Origin: Glaucostegus cemiculus | Taxonomy: Eukaryota | DNA length: 64,000 bases | Assembly: GCA_976551045.1 (NCBI GenBank) | Contig: CDPCPM010000076.1 | Location: 34,100,001 to 34,164,000 of the forward strand | Direction of reading: 5' to 3' | In this document: one piece after another, positions 26,752-40,744 of the stretch | Layout of the letters: each line of letters opens with the position of its first letter | How positions within the stretch are numbered: position 1 is the stretch's first letter | Notes under the pieces: generated by a model | The model's input: the letters and a program-made list of their open reading frames with translations, nothing else | Databases searched by the model: none | What the model was told of the DNA's origin: nothing | Program-made: the position numbers and the translations under genes

Positions 26752-27494
26752 TCCACTTCACTAACTGAACTTGACCTTTTCCTTTCTAGCTGCTGATCCC
26801 TGATGTAATAGCCTGGCTGTAATATTGCATGTTTAATTTAGTTTACTTCATGTTTTGCTTCAGTAAAGAGGTTTAAAAATGTTAATCAGCTCAGATAAGT
26901 TTATGCAAACTACCACTTGTTTTCATACTCATGCTCTCTAATTGTCTCAAGCCATAAAGTTAAATTCTCCACATAACATGGACTAGAATTGTCTGCAATG
27001 ACAATGGAAAACTATAACGCAGCTCAGTACTCTATATACTGTACTTTTCAACAGCATTAGGTCAAATCGGCCTGTTTAGGTTTCAGCATCAACAACCAAC
27101 ACCCCATCCCCAGTGAATTTTTATTCTCTGTTTAGGAAGGAATGACAAGTTTGGGCATAGGTTATATGCAATGTAATGATCCCTTCATACCCTATTCCAT
27201 CAATTGTCTTAACCTCACCTCAACAGAGTGCCCACTGCTGCACTCGCCTGACACTTCCAGTTGCCATTGCCAACCTTGTTACTTCTGAGTGCAGCTGTGA
27301 ATTAGTGCTGAATTGGGTGGGATTTTTTTTCTATTTTCCGTAAATTCACACCCTTCAGGAAATGACTCGTGCTTGCCTAAGCTAATTTCACTTAGAACCT
27401 TTATTGACATTAAAGGAGATATTCTTACAACATGTTTTGGATGAATTTGTTCTGCATCAAAGTACTAGTGACAGTTGAAAGAGCAGTATTAATA

Positions 27495-27815
27495 ACCCTA
27501 ATACCAGAGGGCATACATATAAGGTGAGAGGGAGTAAGTTCAAAGCAGATGTATGCGGCAAGATTTTTGTTTACACAGGGAATGATAGGAGCCTGGCAAT
27601 GCACTCCCAGGGGTGGTGAAAGTGGAGGCAAATATGCTAGAGGCATTTAAAACGCTCTTAGATGTGCAGAGAATGTGCAGAGAATGGAGGGATATGGACA
27701 TTGTGCAGGCAGAAGGGATTAGTTTAGTTAGGCATTTAAGCACTAGTTTAATTAGTTCAGCACAACATTGTGGGCCAAATGGCATGTTCCTGTGCTGCAC
27801 TGTTCTACGTTCTAC
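27495..27815 (+). mobile_element. CR1 LINE 3' end
   Basis: VEANMLEAFKTLLD and tail tgggccaaatggcatgttcctgtgctgcactgttcta. Confidence 0.8.
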
Positions 27816-28229
27816 ATTCTAACCCTGACAATATTCTGTACTACGGATGTTTTGGAGACACTGTTTCTTGAGGAAGTGTATAAAACAAACAACATGAAAC
27901 ATGAATTTCCACCTGGAGGGATTGAAATGATCCCTCATTACAACCGTAATGAGAAGCACACAGCAAAGTTATCATCTTTCCCTGCCTCAAGACTAAAGCC
28001 ACAGAATAGCCAGCAGAGCAATTTGGATAATGTCCATTCCAGATGTTTACTGCTGAGGAAAATATTTGAAAACTCTCACTGTGAATTAGCAATGCTTCTG
28101 CAAAGTGAAGGGCACAGAGCTAAAAATGGATTACTCTCCTGAAAACAGAACCTGCCCATCCAATTTAAATATTTGTACTTTGTTACTTCTATAGATCAGC
28201 TGGAAGGTTGGACAGAACCGTGGCTGATG

Positions 28230-29278
28230 GCATGAACGGCATGAACATTGAATTCTCCTACTTTAAGTAGCCACCCCCCCAACCATGCTTCTTCTCTTCT
28301 TCCCTTTCTTAGCCTCTCTCCCTTTTTTCTACCTTTTTGTTTTCCTTTCTCTTCCTACATTTCATCCTACCAGCCTACGTATCCAACACATTATTCTCCA
28401 CCACTTCTGCCATCTCCAAAGGGACCCAACTACCAAGCATATCTTCCCCTCCCCACCCCTTTCTGCCTTTGCAGAGGCCACTCTCCCCCCACCCATCCTG
28501 CTCCCACCCCAGGAACTTTCCACTGTCCCTGCCATAGGTGTAACACCTGCACCTACACTACGTCCATCCAGGGACCCAAACAGTCCTTTCAGGTGAAACA
28601 GAGATTCACCTGCAACTCCCTTAATATCATTTACTGCATTTGGTGCTCCAAGTGTGGCCTCCTCTACATTGGTGAGACCAAATGCAGACTAGGTGACCAT
28701 TTCACAGAACACCTGCCCTCTGTCCGTAACCACGATCTGCATCTTCCCGTTGCCAGCCACTTCAACTTCCCCTCCCACGCTATCATTGATATGTCAGTCC
28801 TCAGCCTCCTCCACTGCCAGGAGAATTCCAAGCACAAACTGGAGGAACAGCACCTCATTTTCCATCTTGGAACCTCGCAGCCTAACGGCATGAATATTGA
28901 ATTCTCCCACTTCCAAGTAATCCCCACACCACTTCCCAAAAAACTCTGCCCCCCAACCATGCTTCTCCTCGTCTTCCCTTTCCTAGCCTCTTTCTTTTTA
29001 TTTCCCTTTCTCTCCTTACCTTTTACCCTCCTTGGCAGATCTGCTCTCCCCTCCTACCCCACACCTGCCTATCACTATCTCTTACCTGCATCTACCTATC
29101 ACCACCTTGTGCCCACCCCGCATCCCCTCTTTTGTCTGTTTTTCCCCCCTTTATATTGGGCTGCCCTTTTTCCTATCTTCGGTCCTGAAGAAAGGTCCTA
29201 ACCCGAAACATTGACTGCCTGCTTTTCTCCTCAAATGCAGCCTGGCCTGCTGAGTTCCTCCAGCATTATTGTGTGTTT
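28230..29278 (+). mobile_element. Penelope-like element 3' part: GIY-YIG endonuclease plus pseudo-LTR, with partial upstream direct repeat
   Basis: ORF 28248-29201 contains CHRCNTC...FTCNSLNIIYCIWCSKCGLLYIGETKCRLGDHFTEH...VASHFN...EEQHLIFHLGTSQPNGMNIEFS. About 28235-28330 repeats about 28884-29000, the partial-tandem pLTR layout typical of PLEs. Confidence 0.9.
29180..29217 (+). ncRNA. Minimal hammerhead ribozyme motif in Penelope pLTR
   Basis: CGGTC CTGAAGA AAGGTCCTAACCC GAAAC ATT GACTG: stem I CGGUC/GACUG, intact CUGANGA and GAAA boxes, weakened stem II. Confidence 0.6.
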
Positions 29279-29279
29279 C

Positions 29280-29910
29280 ATCAGTGGCAGATGGCATTTA
29301 ACCCAGACAAGTGTGAAGTGGTACACTTTGGTAGGTCAAATTCTGGTAGGACATATAGAATAAATGACAAGGACCTCAGGAGCATTGGTGTACAGAGAGA
29401 CCTTTGGGTACAAGTTCATAGCCCCCTGAAGGTAGTGAAACAGATGCTTAGGGTAATGAAGAAGGCATTTGGTATGCTTGCCTTCATAGCTCAAGGCACT
29501 GTGTGAGAGTTGGGACATCATGTTGCAGTTGTACAAAGCCGCCCTAAAGTATTTTGTACAGTTCTGGTTGTCGTACAGGATGTGATAACAATAGAGCGAG
29601 TGCAGAAGAGATTCACCAGGGTGGAGGGCTGCATTTATAAGTAGAGATTGGATAAGCCGGGTTAATTCTCACTGAAATGTAGGAGGCTGAGGATGATTTT
29701 TATTAAGGTTTATATAATTATCAGGGGCATATTTTCTACAAGCTGCCATAACAGGTAATGGAGGTAGATACTATTACAACGTTTAAAAGACGTTGGATAT
29801 TTACTTGGATAAGTCTTAATATGGGTTTCATGTAAAAAGGTAACACAGTCAGCAATGATGTGGTGAGCCATAAGGGCTTATTTCTGTGCTGCGCATTTCT
29901 GAGATTCTAT
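29280..29910 (+). mobile_element. CR1 LINE ORF2 C-terminal fragment
   Basis: QWQMAFNPDKCEVVHFGRSN...QRDLWVQVHSPLKV...KKAFGMLAFI. Confidence 0.88.
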
Positions 29911-31801
29911 AATCCCACTCTTTTTCATTGAAAAGGTTGCGATCTATGTGAAGAAAAATACTAAACTGCAAATAGATATGATAGTGAGTTATAATATTTT
30001 CTTTTACCTTGGGTCGTGGATTCAGTTCTGGCCAAACTAAATCTGAAAGAAAGGGGAATATTGTTCCCACCAGTTTAAGTCTGTAAATGGCCCGGGAAAT
30101 GGATATGTCACAGTGATGGAGTATGTATAAACATTACGAAGATTTGGGTCATCCTTGGGGGGAAAGAGAGTCACAGATCCTCTGAACCATGCCCACTGAT
30201 CGTACACTGTTACAAATAGGTCACGGGGAAATGCTTCTTCTCCGAGACTGAGGTTCCTTGTCTTCTGTGCATAAATTCCAAAAGAATCAAAAGCCATTTT
30301 GTAGAAGCAGTCTCCCCTAACAGCTGTCCACATGAATTTAAGATCACTAAACTAGTTACCTTGAGGAAAACCCGAGCAATTCTTCCATTATTTGTACCAC
30401 TTGCTGTTTCCCCTTCTCTTTATCTGTTTTGAGCTGCTCACTTTGTGCAGTATTTTCCTCTGTCACCACCTCAATATTATCCTTTCCAAGAGAGGTTTGC
30501 ATTCAATCTGTTTCCTTCCAAACTAGCACATCCTGAGCAGCAGTGTTCCTACACAAGGGAATTTATTCTGAGATTTTATTCAACAAATTGAATGTGATAG
30601 TGATCAAGCAATTTACATCTTGTACTTTAATTGCATCCCTTTGTCCTCTTCCTATTTGAATTTTTTATCCTGATTTTAAATATTTCCCATTTTTAAAAAT
30701 TGCAATAACATATTAGATTGGATTATTAATCAAGTACAAGTGATGCATCTTCATTTTTTAACTGTATATATCCTTAAAACTATGATATAGTGATAAAGTG
30801 ATTAACAGATTATGATGATATAGTGCTATATTGTACTGTACAATGGCTAGAAACTGTGCATGCACAGAATCTAGCTTGAATTATAAAAAGACAAAAAGCC
30901 ATCACTGCTGTTGCATATTTTGGATGAAGGAACTTGCATTCGACAGAATATGCAGTATGCGTGTTTAAAGCTTAAAGACATAATATGCTTTTGTTCATTA
31001 TGTGAAGAGAGGTACATTAATATTTTTTTCTATATTTCCTTCCAACATAACAGGTGATTTGGCCCACTGAGTCTATGCTGACTCGCAGATAAATCCCATT
31101 TCCCCACTAATCTTCCCTGTAACCTATTCTCCCCTCATTTCCATCAACACTCACCAGATTCTTCCATTCTCCTACACACCAGGGGAAATTTAGATTATCT
31201 GATTAACCTACCAACCTGGACATCTTTGAGATGTGGGGGGAAACCCACACAACCAAAGGGAAGACGTGCAAATTCCTCGTAGACAGCACTCAAGGTCAGG
31301 ACTGAAGGCAGGTCATTTGAAGCTGTGAGGCAGTAGCTCTGCTAGTTGTGATTCATCTCCAATAGTTGGAGAACACAGGTCTCTAAACTCTGTTGGCTTT
31401 TCTCAAGAATGCTTACAGGGGCAGGCATCGGTGCTGGAAAAGGCCATCAATTTAATGAAAGAGCTTTGTGGCCTACCCAAAATCGACTGGTCTCCCAGGC
31501 AAAGGAACTAGCCACAACTGAGGGTTGCCAACTAGCACAGCCCAAAGTACAGGAGCATGTGTTGTGGGCCATTCAAGCAATATATATGGGGGGAAGGCTG
31601 AAGGGTAATGTCACTACCCACCAAGCTTTCTTTGTATACAATGTACTGGAAGACATAGCTTGTGTGGTGCTTGCAAAAGAATACTGCTTAACGTATGATT
31701 TAATATACAAATGTTTTGACTAAGTATGTTGATATATGAGGTGCATATTTCTGAGGCGGGTGGTGGGAACAGAGAATCTCATAATATTTAAGTATTATGA
31801 G

Positions 31802-32105
31802 GGGCAGGCAAGGTAGCATAGTGGTTAGCATAATGCTTTACAGTGCCAGCGACCCGGGTTTAAATCCGGCCACTGTCTGTAAGGAGTTTGTACCTTCTCC
31901 CTGTGTTTGTGTGGGTTTCCTCCGGGTGCTCCGGTTTCCTCCTACATTCCAAAGACGTACAGGTTAGGAAGTTATGGGTATGTTATGTTGGCGCTGGAAG
32001 CATGGTGACACTTGCGGTTTGCCCCCCCAAAAAAATCACTACGCAAAAGATGTATTTCACTGTGTTTCGATGTGCATGTGACTAATAAAGATCTTATCTT
32101 ATCTA
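31802..32105 (+). mobile_element. V-SINE with a different 3' tail
   Basis: Same tRNA head and V-domain, but the tail ends gtgactaataaagatcttatcttatct. Confidence 0.85.
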
Positions 32106-33809
32106 GAACACCTGAATCACTAAGGCATAGAAGACTCTGGAGCAGGTGATGGAAAATGGGATAAGTACAGATGGGTACTTGATGGCTGGCATGGACACAT
32201 TCTGTTTCTGTGTTGTATCACTATGTTTTAAATAGGAATGCTTTCCAGATTTTTTCTTAAAAAATACATTAGGAAGAGTCTAGAAGGACAAGGTGCCAGT
32301 GCCTGAGCTTCAGAAAGGTCAGATTGATGTAAAAAATTCAAATGATCAGAGAAAGTTATGCAAAAATCATCACAAGTTTAAGTCAAAAGAATCTATTCAC
32401 TTACAGGGCATGGAGAGTAACCTTTCCAAAAATAAACAATAGGCAAGCTTCAATTGAGTGATATTTAAATCAGTCTGAGTCGAGGTAGAATGTAGTTCCA
32501 AGATGTTTAGCAAACTGTAGATCCTTACAAAGAGTTATCTCTACCCGCAATAGAAGTCTTTGAACATTTAAAGTAAGCCTGAAGACTGTATTAATGTCTG
32601 CTTTCTGTGTAAAATGGTTTCAGATTAACTAACATTTAATACTGAAGGAAAGTGGGTTGTTAGAGAATTGTGTTCATACATTGCAGCGCTTTTACAAGAT
32701 TAATCTCCCTGAACAAAGCCACAATGTTTAAATTACCACCCAGGAATGCCTGCTGAGTTTAGTAGGCTTTTGCTTTGAACAAAAAAATGAAGACATTTAA
32801 TTCAGTAATCAAATGGAAGCAGGGTGTAGAGCAACTGGAGCACTGAAACAGAGCTTCTGGCAGGAAAGACTCTGCGGCAAACGTTTAGTTTCACAAGATA
32901 TTTTTGCAGCATGTAATTCCCAGAATTGTAGCATTTGTTTATTTCTTTGTCAAGGCAATTCTGAAGGATTTACAGTCACAATTAATCCACAGAAAAGGGT
33001 TCTGAAGACTACTGTTGTTACATGAATAGAATGGAAGGATTACTCTTTGTTCTGTAGTACAACTCATCTTTAGAGAATCCTGGTTCCATATCCTAGAGAT
33101 ACATGGACCTTCAGAGAACCCTGGTCCTCAATCATTAATGGCAAAGATTCATGTTTTGTGATAAAATAAATACTGCTGAAAATACCTAGCAGGTCAGACC
33201 ACATCTCCCACAGATGCAGCCTGACGTTGAATATTTCCAGCATTTTGTTTTTATTTTAGGTTTCCATCATCTATAGTTTTTTTGGTTCCTATTTTGTAAT
33301 AAAATCTATATATCAAGGACAATATACGTACAATCACTCTTCCTAATTGTCAGTTGGCTCTACTTGTCACTTTAAGTCAAATGCTATCTCTGAAATCTAA
33401 GAGTAGTCTGATAATCAAGATTCACCCACACATCACCTTCTCTATTCTCTCCCACGTTCCATTTCTCTGGACAATGATGCTCAGGCCAGACAGCGTCTGT
33501 GGAGAGAGAAGCAGCTTGTGTTTCAGGTTGATGACCCGAGTCAAAACAGGTAAACCAAAAAGATGATAGGTATTTGTTACTCACTTCACAGACACTGACT
33601 GATCTGATGGCTATTTCCAGCATTTGAATTTTGTTCTGCTTTTTGCTAACATGTTGACAATGGGTCAATTTATGCAAGTAACCCCTTCCTATCCTAAGTT
33701 TGAATGACCATTGTTCACTTGCAGGACTACAAGAAGAGTGCTGGCAGATTTTTGCTAAAAAAAATCACAATTAGGTCCAACATTGATAGAAAAGGGATGT
33801 GCATTCATC

Positions 33810-34185
33810 ACATCCAATCCCAAAAGCATTTCAACCAATGATCTGTAATTTCTGATGTCAAGTTGGGAATATACCAGCTGATTTATGGACAAGGTTCCCA
33901 TAAAAAGAAATGAAATAAATAACCTGACCATCTGGTTTAGGTGTTGAATGAGGAATAAACAATGTTTATCACTAAGCCTAGAATATCTGGGAGAACTCTA
34001 TTCTCGTTCAAATGAGGTCATGGGTTGTTTTATAACAACCTGATTATTACTTCATTGGAAATGCAGTACCTTTGAAATGCAGTACCTTTGATAGTGCTTT
34101 GATAGCCCTATCACTAAGTGCAACATAGATTTGGTGCTCAAGTCTCTGGAGTGGGACTTGGAAACACAACCTTCTGACTCAGCAG
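33810..34185 (-). mobile_element. Old Deu-domain SINE remnant
   Basis: Minus strand gagtcagaaggttgtgtttccaagtcccactccagagacttgagcaccaaatcta, homologous to the 2235 copy. Confidence 0.55.
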
Positions 34186-34634
34186 CAACAGAGCTATTTA
34201 ATGTGTACATTTACCACTGGGTGACCTTCATCATGTATTTACCAGAAGTGGGTCACTGGATGGGAATCAATCTGACATGCAAGTCTACCACAACATCAAT
34301 TATCAGGAGAGTTAAAATCAGTCAACTTAGCAGTGAACCAGGATCAAATCTACAAACTAATTGGTCTGTACACAGAGCATGAAGAGAATGCACTCACCCA
34401 GTGGACCTTTAAGTACACACATAACATTTCTCTTGACTTAAGTGAAGCTGAATCTGTTAAACTGAGTTGAAATAGGGAGACATTGGGATGTAGGGGTTTG
34501 ATATGAAAAGAAAACTATGGTGTGAAATAGGAAAAAATGACAGAAAAAGATTAACTAAGTTATATTTATCATTTAATTAGGGTTTCTAACATTTACCTTT
34601 CTGGCGTTGGAGGTTGCAGGTTTGAGAGGTGTTG

Positions 34635-35750
34635 TCATGGAGTTATACAGCACAGAAACAGGCCCTTCAGCCCAACTGGTCTGTGCCAACCAAGATGCAC
34701 CATCCAAGCTGGTCCCATTTGGCAGTGTTTGGCCCATAACCTGCTAAACCTTTCCAATCCATGTACCTGTCCAACTGTCTTTTATAGGTTGCTGCTATAC
34801 CTGCCTCAGCCATTTCCTCTGGCAGCTCATTCCACATAGATACCAACTTCTGTGTAAAAGAAAGGTTGCTTGTCAAGTTCCAATTAAATCTTTCCCCTCT
34901 CACCTTAAAACTATGCCCTTGATTCTCCAACACTGGAAAAAAGACTGAGTACACTCACCCTATCTATGCCCCTGATGATTTTATACACCACTATAAGATC
35001 ACCTCTCATTCTCCTACTCTCTAAGGAATAAAGTCCCAGTTTACCAACCTCTCCCTATAACTCAGCCTCTTAAGTCCTGGCAACATCCTCACAAATCTTT
35101 TCTGCACTCTTTCCAGTTTAATAACATCTTTCTTACAGCAGGGCAACCAAAACCAAACACAATATTCCAAGTGTGGCCTCAATGTCGTCCTGTACAACTG
35201 CACCATGACCTCCCAACTTTAATACTCAATGCCCTGACTTATGAAGGCCAGCGTGCCAAAAGCCTTCTTTATCACTCTCTACCTGTGACTCCATTTTCAG
35301 TGAACTGTGACTCCAAGGTCCCTTTGTTATACAACCCTCCCCAGAGTCCTGCCGTTCACTGTGAAAGTCCTACCTGGATTTGACTTTCCAAAATTCAATA
35401 CCTCGCACATATCCGAATTAAACCCCACTTGCCAGCTGATCAAGATTCCCCTGTAGTTTTTGATAACCTTTTTCATTGTCTATTATACCACCTATTTAGT
35501 GTCATCTGCAAACTCACTAACCATGCCATGTACATTCCTATCCAAATCATTGATATAGATGTCAAACAACAATGGGCCCAGCACCAACCAGAGGTAAACC
35601 ACTAGTCATGGAGCTCTAGTCTGAGAGACAACCTTCCGCCATCACCCTCTGCTTTCTACCATCAAGCCAACTCTGTATCCAATTAGCCAATTCTCCCTGG
35701 ATTCCATGCAATCTAACCTTCCAGAGCAGCCTACAATATGGAACCTGTCA
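34635..35750 (-). mobile_element. CR1 LINE 3' about 1.1 kb
   Basis: LYRTTLRPHLEYCVWFW.PC.KKDVIKLERVQKRF.RMLPG and GHSFKVRGERF...FTQKLVSMWNELP. Confidence 0.9.
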
Positions 35751-35859
35751 GAGAAGCCGAGGTAAGTCGAGTGCCTTTCACAGATGGTTCAAACTACAGT
35801 CATTATATGCACAGTGGTAAAGAGAATGAATATTCAAAGATGAGGTGCCAATTTACCTT

Positions 35860-36018
35860 TTTACTCTGGCTTCTGCTCTCTCCCTTTCCAGTCCTCACGA
35901 GGGTCTCGACCAGAAGTGTCAACTGTTTATTTCCCTCCATCGATGCTGCCTGAACTGCTGAGTTCCTCCAGCATTTAGTGTGTATTTCTCCAGATTCCAG
36001 CATCTGCAGAATTTCTTG
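35860..36018 (+). mobile_element. Penelope pLTR remnant
   Basis: CAGTC CTCACGA GGGTCTCGACCA GAAGT GTC AACTG followed by gatgctgcctgaactgctgagttcctccagca. Confidence 0.7.
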
Positions 36019-37127
36019 TACCAACCAATGGACTGTTTTGTTCTGAATGTCGTAAAGCCTCTTGAGATTTGTTAGAGCGGCACTTCTCCAGTTTAGACTT
36101 CTGACTAATGACTTGATAGGCTTTGGGCTGTCAGTGGGTGAGTCATCTGCTGCAGGATACCCATCCTCTGACCTATTCTTGTAGCCACAATATTTATGCG
36201 GTTGGTCAAATTTATTTCTGATCATTTATGACCCCAGGATATTGACAGTGGGGATTTGACGCTTGTGTCATGGTATGACAAGAATAAGTGGCTAACCTCC
36301 CTCCTTCTGGAAATGGTCAAGGCCGCTAATTTGTAGTGTAAACACTTGTTGACACTTATTGGTCTATGCCTTAGTGCAGTCTAGGTCTTGATGTATGCAG
36401 ATATGGACTGGCTCATTTGCTGAGAGATTGCAAATGAAATTGAATGTTTTGCAATCGTCAGCAAGCACCCACACTTCTGATGAAACAGCTGAAGATGGTT
36501 GGGCCTGCAAGAATGCCCTGTGGAACTCTCGCAATGACGTCAGAGGCTGGGATGAATGACCTCCAATGAGCACAACTGCCTGACGCCTAAAGGGGCAAGA
36601 AAATTTGAACAACTACTAAGGCCCTAATAACTGCAGTGCATTCGTAATCTCCACAAAGACTGTGTTGCAAGTCAGGAATGAAAGCAAGATCACTACATTA
36701 ATAACACTTTCACATTAGTCACTGTAAATTTACCAACTACTTATTTCTTCTGACATACCTCAGAAGATTGCAATGAAATTCTTTATTCTGAATTGCTATT
36801 AGCTGCTGTTTCTGCACACACTGCATCGGGTCACATTCTCATGGAAAGCTGACACCTGAAGGAACAGCCTTCTGAATATTTAAGTGCCTGATGATATAAT
36901 GGTGCTGTTTATCTGTGTACAGAAGTGCATTGATCTATCAGTGCAGATTCTACAAAATCTGTTATCAGATCTGTTTCAAAATTAATTGTCCATGATTTAG
37001 CACAGAAGGTGGAACTTGGACCCACTCTCTGAAATTACAACACTCCCATTGACCCATAGCTGACATTTACATGTACTTTCATACAGGTTGACGATTGAAA
37101 TCAGCAACCTTAACACAGCGCCAAGTC

Positions 37128-37700
37128 ACAAAAACAGAATGCTGGAAGAACTCAGCGGGGTAAGCAGCATCCGTGGAGGCAAAAGGTGTAAGTTGATGTT
37201 TTGGGTTGAGGTGCTGCAATCTGGACTGAGAGGGAAAAAGAACAGGAAAGATTGCCAGTAGTTAGCCCAGTACCAAAGGGATGAGATAGAGGCTGGTAGG
37301 TGACAGGGCGAAGCCACATTGGGAGGGGATGATGGGCAGATGGAGCCAGCTGAGGGGGAAGGATGGGAAAGATGAACAAGGGAAGAAGAAAACTAAGCAG
37401 TGAGTGTGTGTGGGAGGAGAGAACCAGTGGAGTGGGTTACCTGAAAGTGGGAAATTTAATGTTCATACCATTGGGTTGTAAGCTATCCAAATGGAACACG
37501 AGATGTTGTTCCTTCAGTTTGTGTTTGGCCTCTCTGTAGCAATGGGGAAGACCAAGGACAGACATGTTGGTGTGGGAGTGGGAAGGACAGTTAAAATGAC
37601 TCAAGATGGCCACTGCAGACAAAACGCAAGTGCTCTGCAAAACAGTTTGGTTTCACTAATGTAGAGGAAACCACATCGCAGGCACCAAGTTCAGCAGACC
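37128..37700 (-). mobile_element. Penelope-like fragment (GIY-YIG C-terminus plus pLTR)
   Basis: ORF 37437-37640 HFNCPSHSHTNMSVLGL...KLKEQHLVFHLDSLQPNGMNIKF is homologous to the end of ORF 28248-29201. Confidence 0.85.
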
Positions 37701-39199
37701 GGGTTGGCAGAGGCACAGGTGAACCAAATTCATTGAAGTCCCACAACTTGACTCAGGGAATTTCCCAATGTCCTTTACAGAGGTAAAAGAAATAAAAATG
37801 TGCAAGACCTGAGGGTGGCCACTATCTTTGTCAAGTGGCTGGATTCTAAAGAACTTTAAAAGAGAAGTCAATGGAATCATATAGTGGAGGTTGAGTTGAG
37901 TTAGAGCTATGTCTTTACATTGTATGAGTAAAAGCCTGACGGCAACAAGGAATAGAACATGGATGCGCAATAGCAACAGCCAAGGATAGATGCCCAAGAT
38001 CCAAAGGCAACCATAAGTACATGGGAAGAGGAACCACTGCTAGAAGTGCTTTACGGATGGGAAGACAAAAGTGGAAGCTGGCTAATACGGTCCAACCACG
38101 CTAATCACAGGAATCAATAGAAAATGGTCTTGCTGACAGCATCAATGGCTGTAGAGTGTGCATAATTAAGGAAGCAGATGGTCCAAACTTTTGCAGTAAA
38201 AAGTGTAATGCTACATCAATCCTCAATTTTACTTGTAGTGTAAATTGTGCATCAAATTGCAATGACCATTTATGTGCAATTAAATGGTAAAGCCAGGAAG
38301 TTGCTAGCTAAGATACCCTCTGGATAAAGCCTCTCTATTAAGAAAAAGCAAAAACGTGTGAGATATTAATGTGAAATCCACTAAACTAGTTTAAAAATTA
38401 ATGTTTGTCCATTCAAGTGCAAGTTACATTTAATGCTATAATTACTGCAAAACAAACTGACATTGAAAATTTACACGTGAACTCATTCCTTCAGATTTTA
38501 ATTAATGTTGGTGATATTTAACTCATTTTCACCTCTGTCACTTTCATTTTTCTTTCACTGCAATCTTTACCTCTCTGTTTTAGCTCCTGCATCTAGTTTG
38601 ACATTGAACTAAATATTCCAACTTATGTTTTCTGATTTATACAGCACATGCCTCAGGATTCTTCAAACTGATTAGTTAAGAAGGCACAGGGTGAATTGGT
38701 TTGCTCACATGACCCAAGTTCCTTGCAGTGATTCCTGCCAAAAAATTGTATTTCTAATTGTAACAAGCTTTAGACAATAGATCGGTAGGAGTATCTGTGA
38801 GCATGACTAGGTATAAAGGACAGCTGGCACCATTTGCTCTAACAGCAAAGTCAAGGCCATGACATCTTGCTCAGGGGATGTCATGCGACTCTACAGGGCG
38901 AATTCACTGCTTTGACAGGGACCTACGCTTGGTTGCTACTTACAATCTTGTATGATACTCCTTGAAAGGCAGGCCACCAGAAAATCACTGCAACACAATA
39001 TTATTTTATGTTTACAGTCAAAAGGCCATTTAAATTATCTTCATCACCTCTATAGGTTTCTTTAACTCGTGCTACTACTGCTGTCTGGAAAATATGCAAG
39101 ATATTGTTCAGGCAAATAGCTATCCCAAATACCATGGGCTGCTGCGTGAAAGCTGAAAATTCCAACCATGTTTTAAAACAAAAAAGATAATGGTCTAAT

Positions 39200-40744
39200 T
39201 CATACAATTTGTAAAATAAAATGGTTTTATTTTTTTTCCAAGGAAATCTCACTCTCCCATGTGACTTTTTTCTTGAGAGGCTACAAAATCAATATAGACC
39301 TCTGCATGAAGCATCCAATAGAACAATGCTAAAACCACTGACAAACTGATAGGAAGCTGATCAAAACAGAGCCCAAGAGGAAATTGTGTAGCATCAGGAA
39401 ATGTATACACTTTGTATTATCAAAGATAAATATTTACAATATGCTTTTGGAAAAAAACCTCTTACAAAATATCCCAAGTTCACATTTTTTTCTTGAAGAA
39501 TTCTCTTCGTATCACATATGAAAATATAACATTCTGCAATTAATCTACAAGGCATTAACAATTTGGATATAAAATATTCATCTTGTGGTTTATCATCACC
39601 ATCTTTATGGTGAGCTAAAATTACATTCAATATTATTTCCTAAATGTCAAATTTCTGGTAAGAAACAAAAATCCTAAACAAGGTTTACAAAACATAAATA
39701 GGCTATATAAGGGGCAAGGATGGCTTAATTGTATTAAGGCTGGTCCAGACTAAGTTGTTTGTTTGTTTAAGATGGACAACTCACTGTCTCTTGCAAAATG
39801 TATTGGGGCAGGAGAACGATGTAAGAGAAACTGCACCATCAAGCTCTTTATGTTAATACACGGATTTGAAATGAGTCTGTGTACATAACTGCAGGAAAGT
39901 TGTTGGAATACAGTGAATTGTTCAGTTCCAGGCACATCATGTGATTGAAAACAATGCAGTGGCAGACAGATCTGAATTGGGATTCACACCTCTTGACACA
40001 GAGACTGGGTTCTTAACTATCAGTCTACTTTGCTTTCATTCAGTCAGCATCAACTGAGGGAGAAACCAGGCTGATGATTCAGATCAATGAAGTGTGATTA
40101 TCATTTCTCTCTTCATAGATGCTATCTGATCCACTAATTATTTCCATCCCCATTTTAAATTCAGACATGCAACATCTGCAGCATTTTGCTTTTAATGTGA
40201 CTTTCATTCTGGCCAGTTCCGGGATCCTGAAAGCATTAACCCAACCAGTGACATGGTGGTAACAACACTTGGGCAACTGATCATCAAGATCAATGCTCAG
40301 GTTGAAAGATGGCTCTCCCATGCTTGGTTGGCTGCAGAGAGTATTTTAATCTAAAACTCACTTAAACATTCACTTGACCCATATGGTAATAATGGAGAAG
40401 GGTCTTGGAACATAAGTTCGAGGCCGATCTTAATTATATTTATCATAGTGGCACAGAAGAGTAGAGCTGGACTTAGACAGAAAGTGTGTGTGGAGTTTTG
40501 ATTCTGCATCAAAACTTACAACCAGAAAATCATTGCACCATTTAGGTCCCTTGATTACTTTACTGATATTGATGCCGAGATTTAAAATGACATTCTTTCA
40601 AATTGTAACTGACAATGATGGCCTGGACACAGTATTAAATATTCTGAATCAATAACTGCTTATTTACAATCCTTCACATGATTGGACTGGACAAATTCCA
40701 GTCCAACATGTGAAAGATACAGAAGGTATTGCTTTCTACACTAT
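39200..40744 (-). other. Probable 3'UTR of the ELF gene
   Basis: AT-rich, largely non-repetitive sequence after the stop codon. Candidate poly(A) signals on the minus strand are AATACA near 39410-39415 and AATAAA at 39231-39226. Three UGUAAAUA elements. The 3' end is uncertain. Confidence 0.55.

Noticed and set aside
28248-29201. Longest ORF in the window (317 aa) as a host gene
   Set aside because: It is the Penelope GIY-YIG region read through pyrimidine-rich pLTR sequence, with homologous decayed copies at 37437-37640 and about 13300.
34068-34105. Direct repeat gaaatgcagtaccttt x2 and similar short duplications (21425-21460, 28229-28246)
   Set aside because: Simple slippage duplications with no spacers, so not CRISPR-like arrays.
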